From Squalus acanthias (lineage: Eukaryota), in the NCBI GenBank assembly GCA_030390025.1, contig CM059431.1:99388001-99452000 (forward strand): 64,000 nucleotides of DNA, read 5' to 3'. Below are positions 1 to 12,595 of the stretch, one piece after another. The notes under the pieces were generated by a model, which had not been told where the DNA came from, ran no database searches, and saw only the letters and a list, made by a program, of their open reading frames with translations. The translations under genes were made by a program, and so were the position numbers. The first letter of the stretch is position 1. Every line of letters begins with the position of its first letter.

Positions 1-416
1 CATTTTTTATCTTGGCATTTGGAAGTGAAAATGTTTCTTCAAGGATTTGTTCCGACCTGGAGAAATCTCTCCCACTCCTGCTCCCTGGTGCTGTGCCTTT
101 CTTGAGCAGAGAGTATTGTTTGAGTGTAATGTTTGCATCGTCAATGCTGTCAGCCCTGCTGATTCTCTGATTTAACTGTAAGATGAATTGTTTGTGTTGT
201 TTGATGATTCCTAGGCAGTGTGTATTCATTACACGGTTGGCTTAATGCCCTGTTTGATTTGCCGTAAGATACATTTTTAAATCAAATTAAACGGTATTCA
301 TTCTTTTTTTTTGGCATGAGTCAATTTCTGTGAAATTTCTTGTGTGTTTAAAAAGCATTGTCCTAATCCTACAGCACATTCTTCCCTCACCCTTTGTGTT
401 CAATTTCAAAATCATT

Positions 417-1153
417 GGCCCAGAATTTGCTGCCAAAACGGCGGTGGGTTTAATGGCGCTCGCCGTTATTGACGTGCGAATCGGCCAGCAACTTGTGGCG
501 AGGGAGAGATTCCCCATCAGTTGCGAATCGCCACAAGTTGCCGGACGATTTGCGCCGCTCGGCGAAAATGGGATCTCCCCGAGACTCAGGAAATTGCTGG
601 ATGTTGGCATCAATTACCCATTAAACTCACCGCAGCAAGTTAGGGCTGGTACTTAACAGCGTAAGGACCCTTTTAATGAGGAGATTTATGTTCCTGCAAT
701 GCCGCTCAACCTCTCCGGCCCAGAAAGGGAACAATTTAAACTGTGGAGTCTCACTCCTGCAGGTAGCAAATTGTTCTAAGAGATTTTTAATGTTTGTATT
801 TTTTCCTTACTTTTCCTTTCCGTCTCTTTTCTCTCTCTCTTTTAATCCAGTCTTTCTTTCCCTCTCTTTATTTCTCTCTCTGTATCTGATTTGACTCTAA
901 TTCACCCGATTTCCTTCTCCGTCGTTCCTCTGTTTCTTTCTCAATCCTTTAATCCTATTGGTTAAGGAGATAGACTGTTGGTCCCGTCGTTCACCGAGGT
1001 CCCAGATGCCCCGTTGCCCTCGCCGTGCCGTTAGCAGCTCGCACTGCCAGCGAGTTACAGGGCAAATGATATTCGAGCTGAATATAAGTGTGGGAAAAAA
1101 GTCTAACTAACAGGGCATGCTGCGAGATGCCCCACGCCAGCAAGATCTGGGTC
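417..1153. mobile_element. Non-autonomous DNA transposon (PIF/Harbinger-type MITE), family H1
   Basis: Imperfect terminal inverted repeats (TIRs) GGCCCAGAATTTGCTG...CAGCAAGATCTGGGTC with 3-bp TSD ATT/ATT. Homologous, in opposite orientation, to 31352-32127 and 6249-6969. Confidence 0.8.
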
Positions 1154-1403
1154 ATTGTTACAGTTTGAAACTCACTTTGCAGTAAATTACAAAGCAAGTT
1201 TAAAAAAATACAGGACGGAGTATATAGTGCATCAAAAAAAATCAAAACTCGGTATTTACATTCTGTACCACAGTAAACACGGGAATAGAAATGTGCTGAA
1301 TGTTCACTTGATCTCCTGATGCTCATCGCTACATATGAAATACGAACAAAAAATGCTGGAAACACTCAGCAGGTCAGGCAGCCTCTGTGGAGAGAGAAAC
1401 AGA

Positions 1404-1438
1404 GTTAACCTCTCAGGTCGATGACCTTTCGTCAGAAC
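1404..1438 (-). ncRNA. Degenerate minimal type-I hammerhead ribozyme of a PLE pLTR
   Basis: Minus strand reads GUU-CUGACGA-A-AGGUC-AUC-GACCU-GAGA-GG-UU-AAC. Stems I and II are intact, but GAAA is GAGA and the expected ACGU palindrome is AGGU, so it is probably inactive. Confidence 0.65.
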
Positions 1439-1633
1439 TGGAAGATGTTAGAGTTTTAACAGTTTATAAGCAAATACGGAGGCAGGGAAAAGGGGGAGGA
1501 GAACAACAAAAGGGAAGGTCTGTGATAGGGTGGAAGGCAGGAGAGATTAAATGACAAAAGGGTTGATGGTGCAAGGCGAAAGGAGGTGGTAATGGATCAA
1601 GTAAAGAAACAAAGATGGGTTCAGAGGAGGTAT

Positions 1634-2668
1634 ACATAAGAACATAAAAATTAGGAGCAGGAGTAGGCCATTCGGCCCTTTGAGCCTGCTCTGCCATTGA
1701 CTGATGATCTTCTACTTCAACTCCCACTTTCCCACCCTATCCCCATATCCCTTGATTCCCTAAGTGTCCAAAAATCTATCGATCTCAGTCTTGAATATAC
1801 ACAATGACTGAGCATCCACAGCCCTCTGGGGCATGGAATTCCAAAGATTCACAACCCTTTGAGTGAAGATATTTCTCTTCATCTCAGTCCTAAATGGCTG
1901 ACCCCTTATTCTGAGACTGTGACCCCTGGTTCTAGACTCCTCAGCCAGGGGAAGCATCCTCCCTGTATCTACCCTGTCAAGGCCCTTAAGAATTTTGTAT
2001 GTTTCAATGTGATCACCTCTTATTCTTCTAAACTCTAGGCCTAGTCTACTCAATCTCTTCTCCTAGGACAATCCCCTCATCCCAGGAATCAGTCTAGTGA
2101 ACCTTCGTTGCACTCCCTCTAAGGCAAGTATATTCTTCCTTAGGTAAGGAGACCAAAACTGTACACAATACTCCAGGTGTGGTCTCACCAGGGCCCTATA
2201 TAATTGCAGTAAGACATCTTTACCCTTATACTCAAATCCTCTTGTAATAAAGGCTAACATACTATTTGCTTTCCTAATTGCTTGTTGTACCTGCATGTTA
2301 ACTTTCAGTGATTCTTGTACAAGGACACCCAGGTCCCTCTGAACACCAACATTTCCCAATCTCTCACCATTTTAAAAAATACTCTGCTTTTTTCCTATTT
2401 TTCCTACCAAAGTGGATAACTTCACATTTCTCCACATTATATTCCATCGACCACGTTCTTGCCCGCTCACTTAACCTGTCTATATTCCCTTGCAGCCTCT
2501 TTGTGTCCTCACAGCTTACTTTTCCACCTAGCTTTGTATCGGCAGCAAACTTGGATACATTACACTCGGTCTCCTCACCTAAGTCATGGATGTAGATTGT
2601 GAATAGCTGAGGCCCAAGCACTGATCCTTGTGGCACCCCACTAGTTACAGCCTGCCAACCCGAAAATG
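1634..2668 (-). mobile_element. CR1 LINE, 5'-truncated (RT C-terminal half and 3' tail)
   Basis: ORF pieces PQGSVLGPQLF..SKFAADTKLGG, LVRPHLEYCVQFWSP and FTQRVVNLWNS, with frameshifts; ends in a short-repeat CR1 tail. Confidence 0.95.
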
Positions 2669-3109
2669 GTTACAGCCGAACCATTATCAACACCTGCTGT
2701 CTGAAAAAAATGGGAGCAGTGTTTATGATCTGAAATTGTTGAACTCGATGTTGAATCCGGAAGGCTGTAAAGTACCTAATTGAAAGTTGAGGTGCTGTTC
2801 CTCGAGCTTCCGTAGAGCTTTATTGGAATTCTACATCTCGGTTTCCTTTAGTTGCGGTTCTCGCTCTGACCTTTGATTCCCAGTTTCCCAATTACTCTTA
2901 TTTCTATCATTCTTGGTCACCTGGAATCAGCCCCAGTTTGTACTAAGGATTGTCTAAATCAACAGCTTGTCTTTAATTCTTTAATATTTGGCGTCAAACC
3001 GTTCACCAATCTTATTCTGTGGATGTTGAAATAAAAGTTTTTCTTGGGTATTACCAGCTGATGTGTGTCTTTTTTTCACCATTGCTCCCTTCTTTGTGCA
3101 ACTAACTCG

Positions 3110-3503
3110 GCACCTTGTTTTCAAATCCCTCCATGGCCTCGCCCCTCCCTATCTCTGTAATCTCCTCCAGCCCCACAACCCCCCGAGATATCTGCGCTCC
3201 TTCAATTCTGGCTTCTTACACATCCTTGATTATAATCGCTCCACCATTGGCGGCCGTGCCTTCAGCTGCCTGGGCCCTAAGCTCTGGAATTCCTTCCCTA
3301 AACCTCTCCGCCTCTCTACCTCTCTCTCTCCTCCTTTAAGACGCTTCTTAAAACCTACCTCTTTGACCAAGCTTTTGGTCACCTGCCCTAATATCTCCTT
3401 CTGTGGCTCGGTGTCAAATTTTGTTTGATAATCGCTCCCGTGAAGCGCCTTGGGACGTTTTACTACGTTAAAGGCGCTATATTAATGCAGGTTGCTGTTG
3501 TTC
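3110..3503 (+). mobile_element. L2 LINE 3' fragment
   Basis: FKSLHGLAPPYL..GGRAFSCLGPKLWNS, followed by the stem-loop tail and (GTT)n. Confidence 0.9.
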
Positions 3504-4132
3504 CCAATGCGGTATGGTGTTGGGCTCTTTGTGAAGTGTAGGATGTGCAATTGACACAATTCAATAATGACTTCGCGGAGAGGCAATGAGAAACTTTAAC
3601 TCGAACATCGCAGCACTCTGAAATGAATGCGATACCACGAGCAATTCATTAAACACAATGCAGGCTATGTTGGCATTGTTGGTCATTATTATGCACACTT
3701 TCTGCCACATAGTAATTAAGCAGCTGTGGTGTTGTATTAATAATCCTTCTCAAATCCTGATATAGGTTTATCAGAATAATAAATTGCGACCTAAAGCAAT
3801 TATTGGTGCACATTCAATTAATTTAAATAACACTGCTAATTCCAAATAATACAATGATGCACTCTACTAGTGACATAAATCACACTTGGGATCCAACCTT
3901 AACACTGATAGACTTCAACCAATACAATTCAAGCAGGATTTGTTTCTTGCAACCTCTGATAGTAGCTGTAATATATAATGATACTGAGTTATCCTGTGCT
4001 AACACTGCTGATTTACTCCCGTGTTCTTTCATAGTGCCATCTATTCAATTATCTTTGATTCCATTGCATTATGTTAGTGCATTATTTTAATTAGATGCAA
4101 CAGAAAGTTATGCAAGTACAACATACAACAAG

Positions 4133-4333
4133 AATGCGCTGCCTGAAAGGGCGGTGAAAGCAGATTCAATACCAACTTTCAACAAGGGAATTGGATAAAT
4201 ACTTGGAGGGGAAAAAATTTGCAGGGCTATGGGGAAAGAGCAGGGGGGAGTGGGACTAATTGGAGAGCTCGTTCAAAGAGCCGGCACAGGCACGATGGGC
4301 CGAATGGCCCCCTCCTGTGCTGTATCATTCTAA
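4133..4333 (+). mobile_element. CR1 3' end fragment
   Basis: Matches the 3' ends at 13910-14118 and 20140-20330. Confidence 0.85.
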
Positions 4334-4576
4334 TATTGGAACAAATCTGTGTCCGAGTTGGTCAAACGACAGCAACTCAGGAGAATCATGAAAGGTGAGC
4401 CAATACTTGAAGGCAGCTTGTAATGAAATGCTTCAAATTGATGCAGAAGTTGCAAACTATGAAATAGCTGGGACACACCAAGGAATTTTTTTTTACAATC
4501 TGTAGCAGGCCCTTAATTTGCAGAATGTCGTAGGAAATAGGTGTATAGATTTTTACAGGATGTTTCTTTTCGCTGT

Positions 4577-5218
4577 AACATCGTCCATCTCCGCCCTTGC
4601 CTCAGCTAATTGCTGCTGAAACCCTCATCCATGCCTTTGTTACCTCCATACTTGACTATTCCAACGCACTCCTGGCCGGCCTCCCACCTTGCACCCTCTG
4701 TAAACTTCAGCTCATACAAAACTCGGCAGCCTGTGTCCTAACTCGCACCGAGTCCCGTTCACCCATCACCCCCTGTGCTCGCTGACCTACATTGGCTCCC
4801 GGTCCGGCAACGCCTCGATTTAAAAATTCTCATCCTTGTTCTCAAACCCCTCCATGGACTCGCCCCCCTCGCCCCCCCCTCCCTATCTCTGTAACCAACC
4901 CAGCCCCACAACCCTCCGAGATCTCTGCGCTCCTCCAATTCTGGCCTCTTGCCTATCCCTGATTTTAATCGCTCCACCATTGGTGGCCGTGCCTTCAGCT
5001 GCCTGGGCCCCAAGCTCTGGAATTCCCTCCCTAAACCTCTCCACCTCTCTCTCCTTTAAGACGCTCCTTAAAACCTTTACTTTGACCAGGCTTTAGGTCA
5101 CCTGTCCTAATATCTCCTTATGTGGCTCGGTGTCAAATTGTGTCTGATTACGCTCCTGTGAAGCCCTTTGGGGCGTTTTACTGCATTAAAGGCGCTAGAT
5201 AAATACGAGTTGTTGTTG
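4577..5218 (+). mobile_element. L2 LINE 3' fragment
   Basis: [24 protein letters not shown] motif, same tail, (GTT)n. Confidence 0.9.
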
Positions 5219-5875
5219 ATCGGAGGCTAAGTAGCAGCTAACAGACATGCGCACAGCCTTAAAAAATAATTAAATCATTTTCAATACTAGAATGTACACG
5301 AGGAAAAATAGGTTGTTGCTGATGTTCACTAGTCCAGTGTGTTGCTGAATATTGAAGCAATTTTTATATGTGAAATATACTTATTTAAATAGAATGCTGG
5401 AGTCGCGAGATAAATGGTGCTAATATTCATCAAAATGTGTGAGAGTTGATAATGAAAATCTTACTATTAAAGAAAAGGTAAGTGTGGCTGTTAAGTGCTG
5501 AATTAATTTTTTTTTGCATGATCTAACCTGAGTTCCCAGATTCCAAATATACATCTCTAATTCTGGTTTCATTTAATATTGCTTCATGTTAAATATTACT
5601 CGAGGCTGTTGTATCAGTAATTTCTTTTCTATTTGAAACCTGCACAAATTAATTATCAAAATCAGCCTGTCCTTTTATTGCCTCCTTCGCAAACAATTAC
5701 TCAGATCATTTAATTCACTTGCCTCCTTTTAAGAAAAGTTAATGGCATAGGACCCTCAGCGTGTGAATTCATACGCTTTCCTTTTAATGATAGACTGATT
5801 GGGACAAAACACAATAAAGCCCACACGCGCACTACTTGTGTATTACTCTGAAGATCTACTTGTAAACCTTAAAAA

Positions 5876-5948
5876 AAAGAACTTGCATTTCTATAGCGCC
5901 TTTCACGACCTCAGGACATCCCAAAGAGTTTTACAGCCAATGAAGTAC
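5876..5948 (-). mobile_element. Deu-SINE (SacSINE1-like) 3' tail
   Basis: Reverse complement of the tail at 19810-19878. Confidence 0.8.
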
Positions 5949-6248
5949 AAACCCTTTAAAGTTCCTGATAAGTTATTAAAATATACAGTTTTGAGGTTGG
6001 TGCCTGCTTGCAGTTTTTGACTTAAATCTTTTTAATTTTTAAACTGCCTGTACACCGTACAGTGAATTGTACACATGTAGTGAAATGCCGTGTGCACCAT
6101 TTATGCCACAGAAATATGGAGGTGACGAAAGCTGAATGTGTTTTGGTTATTCATCTGTCTCTCAGTGACTTAATTTAATCGGCTGTGTGGACTGAGACCA
6201 ATTTCTAACTCAACTCGGTCCAGACTTGTTAATGCTCCAAAAAACACT

Positions 6249-6969
6249 GGCCCAAAAACTGCTGTCAGGACAATGAAGGAATGACGCCTGCCGTTGGTTA
6301 GACTTGGCCTTGCCCGTTTCATCTCCATGAGCTTTTGCACAGCAAGTTGCCACAAGTGGGCGATGGAAACAGCGCAGCGCCCTCTACAGGGCATCCGGGA
6401 CCTGTGTGAACAGGGCAAGCAACTGTGTGTCTCCTTGACCAATCAGATTGAAGAATTGTTAATGAACAGCACAGTCTGAACCAGGAAGTATTAGTTAGAA
6501 TATTGAATTCAATGTCAAATCAGGTACAGAAAGCCAAATAAAGAAAGATTGGTTTAAGAGAGAGAGAGAAAAAAAGAGAGAGAAAGGAAAAAAGTTAAAA
6601 GCTGAAAGAATGAGACTCCACACTTGTAAAAGTTCATTTTCAGTGCCAGTGAGATTGTTTGGCAGTAATTAAGACTTAGTTCGCTGGCTAAAAGGGGACT
6701 TAGATTGAAATGGACAAGCCCTAACTTTCTGTGGCGAGTTTAGTTCATATGTACACTGCAAGTACAGGAACCTCACGACATTCAATGCATCTCAATAGTG
6801 AGCCAGATGGCGAGATGCCGTTTCCATGAAGCTAACTGCAGAGCGGCGCAACTCGGACAGCAACCTTTCCACTTCCGCGTTTAATCGCCTGAATCTGCTG
6901 CGGCATTTGCACATAAGTAACGGCGAGCGCCATTAGCCTCACCATTATTTTGACAGCAATTTGTCGGCC
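6249..6969. mobile_element. Harbinger-type MITE family H1, older diverged copy
   Basis: TIRs GGCCCAAAAACTGCTGTC...GACAGCAATTTGTCGGCC, flanks ACT/AAT (1 mismatch), internal homology to 417-1153. Confidence 0.7.
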
Positions 6970-7644
6970 AATATATTTTAATCATTTGACTCAGTGCTCG
7001 TCTCTCTTGCTGTCTCCGTCACTCATTTGGCAATGTGAAGTGAAAAGGTAAAGTTGGGAAAATCCTGAAGTGAGGATTGTATCTGTTGTAGTGTTTGCTC
7101 ATTGGTACTGATTCAAAAAAAATGTTCTTATTCTTATTTAGAAAGGGAGAGTGTCAAAGGATTTAAATAAAACACTAGCTCCTTGATAAGTTAACAAAAT
7201 ATACAGTTTTGAGGTTGTACCTGCTCGTAGTTTTTAACTTAATCCCTGCTGATGAGATTTTTAAGATGATCTACAAAACCTTACGATGAAAGCTCTATCA
7301 CATTGTATCAAAGCACACTCTGCATCTACAGTCACCTGAACCATATTGAAATTGATACAGTAATGAACACTTCTTAATAATGTCATATTTAATGCTATAT
7401 TTGTGCTATATAAACCAAACTCGATAGTAAATCATAGATTATGCATTAAAAAAGTTATTGGACTTGTGTGTGGGACATGCAGACTTCACTCATTCCAAAC
7501 AGTAAACTTGAAGAATGGGCATATAATTGGCAAATTAATTTTAACATAGATAAGTGTGAGGTATTACATTTTGGTAAGAAAAATAAGGAGGTCACATATT
7601 ACTTGGAAAATAAGAATCTAAAAGGGGTAGAGGAGCAAAGGGAT

Positions 7645-8110
7645 AAGAACATAAGAATTAGGAGCAGGAGTCGATCATATGGCCCTCGAGCCTGCTCCGC
7701 CCCTCAGTCCCTCGAGCCTGCTCCGCCATTCAATAAGATCATGGCTGATCATCGACCTCAACTCCACTTTCCCGCCCGATCCCCATATCCCTCGATTCCC
7801 CTAGAGTCTGAAATCTATCGATCTCAGCCTTGAATATACTCAACGACTGAGCCGCCACAGCCCTCTGGGGTAGAGAATTCCAAAGATTCACCACCCTCTG
7901 AGTGAAGAAATTTCTCCTCATCTCAGTCCGAAATGGCCGACCCCTTATCCTGAGACTGTGACCCCTGGTTCTAGACTCCCCAGCCAGGGGAAAACAACCT
8001 CTCAGCATCTACCCTGTCAATCCCCCTCAGAATCCAGAATCTTGTATGTTTCAATGAGATCACCTCTCATTCTTCTAAACTCCAGAGAGTATAGGCCCAA
8101 TCTACTCAAT
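7645..8110 (-). mobile_element. CR1 3' fragment nested in CR1
   Basis: FPLAGESRTRGHSLRIRGRPFRTEMRRNFFTQRVVNLWNSLP on the minus strand. Confidence 0.9.
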
Positions 8111-8311
8111 AAATCTGGGCGTACAAATACACAAATCGCTAAAAGTAGCGACTCAGGTTAAAAAAGCAAACCAGGCACCAGCGTTTATTTCTAGATGGAT
8201 AGAATTGAAAAGTGGTGAAGTTATGCTGAACTTGAATCGAACCTTGGTTAGACCACACTTGGAGTATTGTGTACAATTCTGGTCGCCATATTATAAAAAG
8301 GATATAGAGGC

Positions 8312-8816
8312 ACTGGGATGCTCAAGAGGCCAGAATCAGAGGATGGCAGATATCTCGGAGGGTTACATAAAAACACAAGAAATAGGAGCAGGCATAGGCC
8401 AATCGGCCCTTCGAGCCTGCTCTGCCAGTTAATAAGATCATGGCTGATCTTCTATCTCATCTCCACTTTCCCACACTATCCCCACATCCCTTGATTCCCT
8501 TAGTATTCAAAAATTTATCGACCTCTGTCTCGAATATACTCAATAACTGAGCATCCACAGCTCTCTGGGGCAGAGAATTCCAAACATTCACAACCCTCTG
8601 AGTGAAGAGATTTCTCTTCATCTCAGTCCTAAATGGCCGACCACTTCGTCTGAGTCTGTAACTAGACTAGGGTTGTGGAGTTGGAAGAGATTACAGAGAT
8701 AGGGAGGGGTGAGGCTATGGAGGGATTTGAAAACAAGGAGGAGAATTTTAAAATCGAGCTGTTGCTTAACTGGGAGCCAAAATAGGTCAGCGAGCACAGG
8801 GGTGATGGGTGATGTG
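8312..8816 (-). mobile_element. L2 fragment, itself interrupted by a CR1 3' end (8364-8661, minus)
   Basis: L2 sequence on both sides of a CR1 3' tail. Confidence 0.8.
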
Positions 8817-9017
8817 AGGTTATACGTATTAGGAAAGGATGAACAGGCTGGGTCTCTTTTCTATTGAAAAGAGAAGACTGAGGGGTGACCTTAAAGACTT
8901 CCTTAAAATGATGCAAGGTTTTGATAGAGTAGATACAGAGAGAGTGTTTCCACCACGAGAGTCTCGGTATGGACTCGATAGGCCGAATGGCCTCCTTCTG
9001 TGCCGTTATGACTCTAT

Positions 9018-9906
9018 GGGGGAAAAATTCAGTTGGTTGCGCTTCCCGTTAGCGCCTTAAGAGGGCGCTAATGGGGCACAAAGCATCTAGCGCCCAGGCG
9101 CGGCGAAGTTTGCTCCGCTCGTGAAATTAACTAGACATTTTGCGGCGGCGCTAAACACTACCGCCACGATCTCCTGCGCCGGCAGATCGTGACGTCAGTC
9201 GAGTGCGCAACGCCCCGGTATCGCCCCGGAGCGGATATTGAGTGGCGCCCCCTGCCTTACCACCTGACGCTAGCAACGACAGGTTGAGGGGAGCGTTCTC
9301 CAGTCATGAAGGGAAAGGGGGAGCGCTATTTAAAGGTGACCGCTTCCTGCCTTTTATTGTTGGTGCCATTTTTGAACTACACATTCTGAGAGAGAGAGAG
9401 ACTTCTGGAGAGATTCAACGTTGTGTGAAGGAGTTTTGGGTACTGAGCAGCACTTTGCAGGTTCATTTTGATTTGCCATTCCTTGTATCGATTTAGAAGA
9501 GACTGTGGGGGCTGTACTCTGAGCTCTTTGCCTGGTACTCTCCATTGTTCTTTCCAGCAGATTTGATGTGCAGGTCTCTCCAGGCCGAGATTCAAGGCTG
9601 CAATGAGCAGGATGTGGATGGAAAGCAAGATTAACCATCCCCTTTAAGAACTGGCCCGTGCCATTGTGTGTGTGTTCCATTGCTGACTGACATTACATGA
9701 GTTTCGCCAGCGCTCTGAGGTAGCGCCTCGCTCCTCGGCCTTTGCGCCTTAAGACAGGTGTGAAGCACCTGATTTAGCGCTCCAATCACCTCCAGGGGCG
9801 ATAAAAGTCAAGTTTGCAGTCGGTGGCGATAATTAGCGCCAGGCGCTAATCTTTGCGCCCGGCCGATAATTGCACCCCAAATGGGGCGATACTGAATTTC
9901 TCCCCC
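9018..9906. mobile_element. Harbinger-type MITE family H2, core A
   Basis: TIRs GGGGGAAAAATTCAGT...ACTGAATTTCTCCCCC, TSD TAT/TAT. Inserted in a short CR1 3' tail. Paralog of 41402-42219. Confidence 0.88.
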
Positions 9907-10544
9907 TATGACTATGACTTGTGGAGAACAGCAAAACTAGAGGCCATCAATATGAGATAGTCACCAAAAAATCCAATAGGAAATTCAGGAGAAACTTTTT
10001 TCCCCAGAGAGTGGTGAGAATGTGGAACTCACTACCACAGGGAGTGGTTGAGGCGAATAGTATAGATGCATTTAAGGGGAAGCTAGATTAGCATATGAGA
10101 GAGAAGGGAATAGAGGGTTATGCTGATAGAGTTAGAGGAGGAAAGTCGGGAGGAGGCTCGTGTGGAGCATAAACGCCGGCATGGACTGGTTGGACCGAAT
10201 GGCCTGTTTCTGTGCCGTATATCCTATGTAATTTAAACATTTAAGGTTTTGCAGGCAGGTGCCTATAGGGTGTATATCTCCCTAAAACATTTGTAACATC
10301 ATAAAGAAATAAAAAGTTGAACAATTATGCAAGAAAATCATGAATCGCATCATTAAATTTATTCATCCTATTTTCTAATGCCTAAAATAATCTTTTCCCG
10401 CAAAAGATCTCTGTCTCTTTGGGGTCTAGCACTTCCCTTCAGTCGTGTTCCAGAGCTTCAACCCTTCAGCTCGGACTGATATAGAATCTATGTCCTCTGG
10501 TGACTGACCCTCCCGCTAGAGGAAACAGTTTCTCCTTATTATAA

Positions 10545-12117
10545 CATCTGTCTGAGGCTGAACCACACTGGTCGCAACCTTGGGGGGTGATTTTGCCAAT
10601 GGGGGCGCGTTGGAGGCGGGACTGCTGCTTGTCGGGTTTTGGTCCCACCTCCATCAACCTGTGGCCAACCCACGCTATTTTCCCTTGATTGACCTTGTTA
10701 AGCCCACCCAGCGGGCTTAGCAGGCCAATTAAGGGAAAGCCGGTTACAGAGAACGTCAGCGTATGACGTTTCATCTGTCAAAAATTTTTGACAGATGAAT
10801 TGTCATCGTTTGACAGCTCTGTGAAACTGTCAAACACTGACATTCTCTGTTGTTTGATGAGTTCTTGTATTCAAGACTCATCAAACCTCTTTCTTTAGCA
10901 GAAATTAGATGGTTGTTGCATTGGAGAATGCAGCAGCCATCTGTCATCTCTGCCGGTGAGATGCGGGAGTCTCCGGTTCCCCAACTGTTGAAGCCTGCAG
11001 GAAGAAACAAAGGTAAATAAACATTTTCTATCACTTTTCACTCACCTCACATACTTACCTCTCCACACTTGCACCCATCACTCACCTCCACAGCACACTT
11101 TTGGACCCCTCTCACCCCCGCAGACCCACTGCTCGCCTCGATGACCCTGGCGGGATTTCCCGACGTCAGGAAGCCCGCGCCTCTGCTGGAAAAATGGGGA
11201 TAATCCTCTTAACTACCTGTAAACAGGCAGTTAAGTGGCTGTAATCCCCTTCCCGCCTCCAGGAGACGGGACCCGGCGTGGGTCGGGCACCCGCCTCCTG
11301 GAAAGATGGCACGGAGGCGGGATGGGGGCAGGATGGGTACCCAGCCCCAGATTCTGCCATTTTCCCGGCAGTCCCGCCTCCAAACCCACCTCCCCAGGGC
11401 TGGCAAAATCGCCCCCTTGGTGTCATATTTGACTCTGAAATGAGCTTCTGTCCACATATCCGCGGCATAACAAAGACCGCCTACTTTCACCTCCTTAACA
11501 TCGCCTGTCTCCGCCCCTGCCTCAGCTCATCCGCTGCTGAAATCCTCATCTATGCCTTTGTTACCTCTAGACTTGACTATTCCAATGCACTCCTGGCTGG
11601 CCTCCCACATCCAAAACTCGGCTGCCTGTGTCCTAACTTGCACAAAGTCCCGTTCACCCATCACCCCCTGTGCTCGCTGACCTACATTGGCTCCCGGTTA
11701 AGCAGCCCCTCGATTTCAAAATTCTCATCCTTGTTTTCAAATCCCTCCATGACCTCGCCCCTCCCTATCTCTGTAATCTCCTTCAGCCCCACAACCCCCC
11801 GAGATATCTGCGCTCCTCTAATTCTGCCCTCTTGAGCATCCCTGATTATAATCACTCAACCATTGGTGGCCGTGCCTTCTGTTACCTGGGCCCTAAGCTC
11901 TGGAATTCCCTCCCTCAACCTCTCCGCCTCGCTACCTCTCTCTCCTCCTATAAGACACTCCTTAAAATCTACCTCTTTGACCAAACTTTTGGTCACCTGC
12001 CCTAATTTATCCTTATGTGGCTCGGTGTCAATTTTTTTTTCTTAAAATACTCCTGTGAAGCGCCTTGGGACCTTTTACTACGTTAAAGGCGCTATATAAA
12101 TACAAGTTGTTGTTGTT
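10545..12117 (+). mobile_element. L2 LINE 3' part, interrupted by a MITE
   Basis: L2 sequence GCAACCTTG|GTGTCATATTTGAC resumes exactly after the MITE; RT C-terminus and tail follow. Confidence 0.9.
10583..11416. mobile_element. Harbinger-type MITE family H3
   Basis: TIRs GGGGGTGATTTTGCCA...TGGCAAAATCGCCCCC, TSD TTG/TTG. The empty site is visible in other L2 copies (e.g. ~40225 and ~44560). Confidence 0.9.
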
Positions 12118-12595
12118 ATTTACTCTATCGAAACCTTTCATGGATAGGTCAACCCTATCTTGTTCAAAATGAGGACGAGGTCCTAGAATTCGAAATGCAG
12201 GAGACAGAGAATCCTTGGAGTTTGCAAGGACTGGGGTACTGGGATTTTGTGCAAGTGAGGACTTGTGCCACAGAATTCTGGATTAAATGAAGTTTGTAAA
12301 GGGTAGAAGAGAATGGCATTTGAGAAATTAAGCCTTGAGGTGATGACGGAAAGTAATAAGAGTTTTGCCAGCAAAGAGTGGGAGGGGTTCCTAAAGTGGA
12401 AAAAGTGCAATTGAGCGAGTGAGAGTTCAGGTCAGCACATGGTCAAGCATAACTAGGGAGGCTCTACACCACCTTGTTCAACCTGGGTTTCTGGGTAGGT
12501 TTATGCAACTAAAGTCAGAGAAATATAAGAGCTGATGAGAATTACAAATGATCGATTTGATTTTGCCTGTATTTAACTAAAGGGAAGAAAGAAAC

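Larger units (their letters stand above)
1340..2830 (-). mobile_element. Penelope-like retroelement 3' relic (GIY-YIG endonuclease C-terminus, 3' UTR/pLTR), split by a CR1 insertion
   Basis: Minus strand 2827-2723 translates as SNKALRKLEEQHLNFQLGTLQPSGFNIEFNNFRS*, typical of PLE GIY-YIG C-termini. The pLTR-type sequence at 1340-1440 carries a degenerate hammerhead core. Confidence 0.8.
7500..10231 (+). mobile_element. CR1 LINE host element interrupted by nested insertions
   Basis: Collinear RT pieces at 7500-7643, 8112-8311, 8817-8953 and 9917-10231 (WQINFNIDKCEVLHFG, LVRPHLEYCVQFWSP, NRLGLFSIEKRRLRGDL, 3' tail). Confidence 0.85.

Noticed and set aside
5393..5477. Possible exon ending in a strong AAG|GTAAGT donor
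   Set aside because: Stop codons in all three frames and a weak acceptor.
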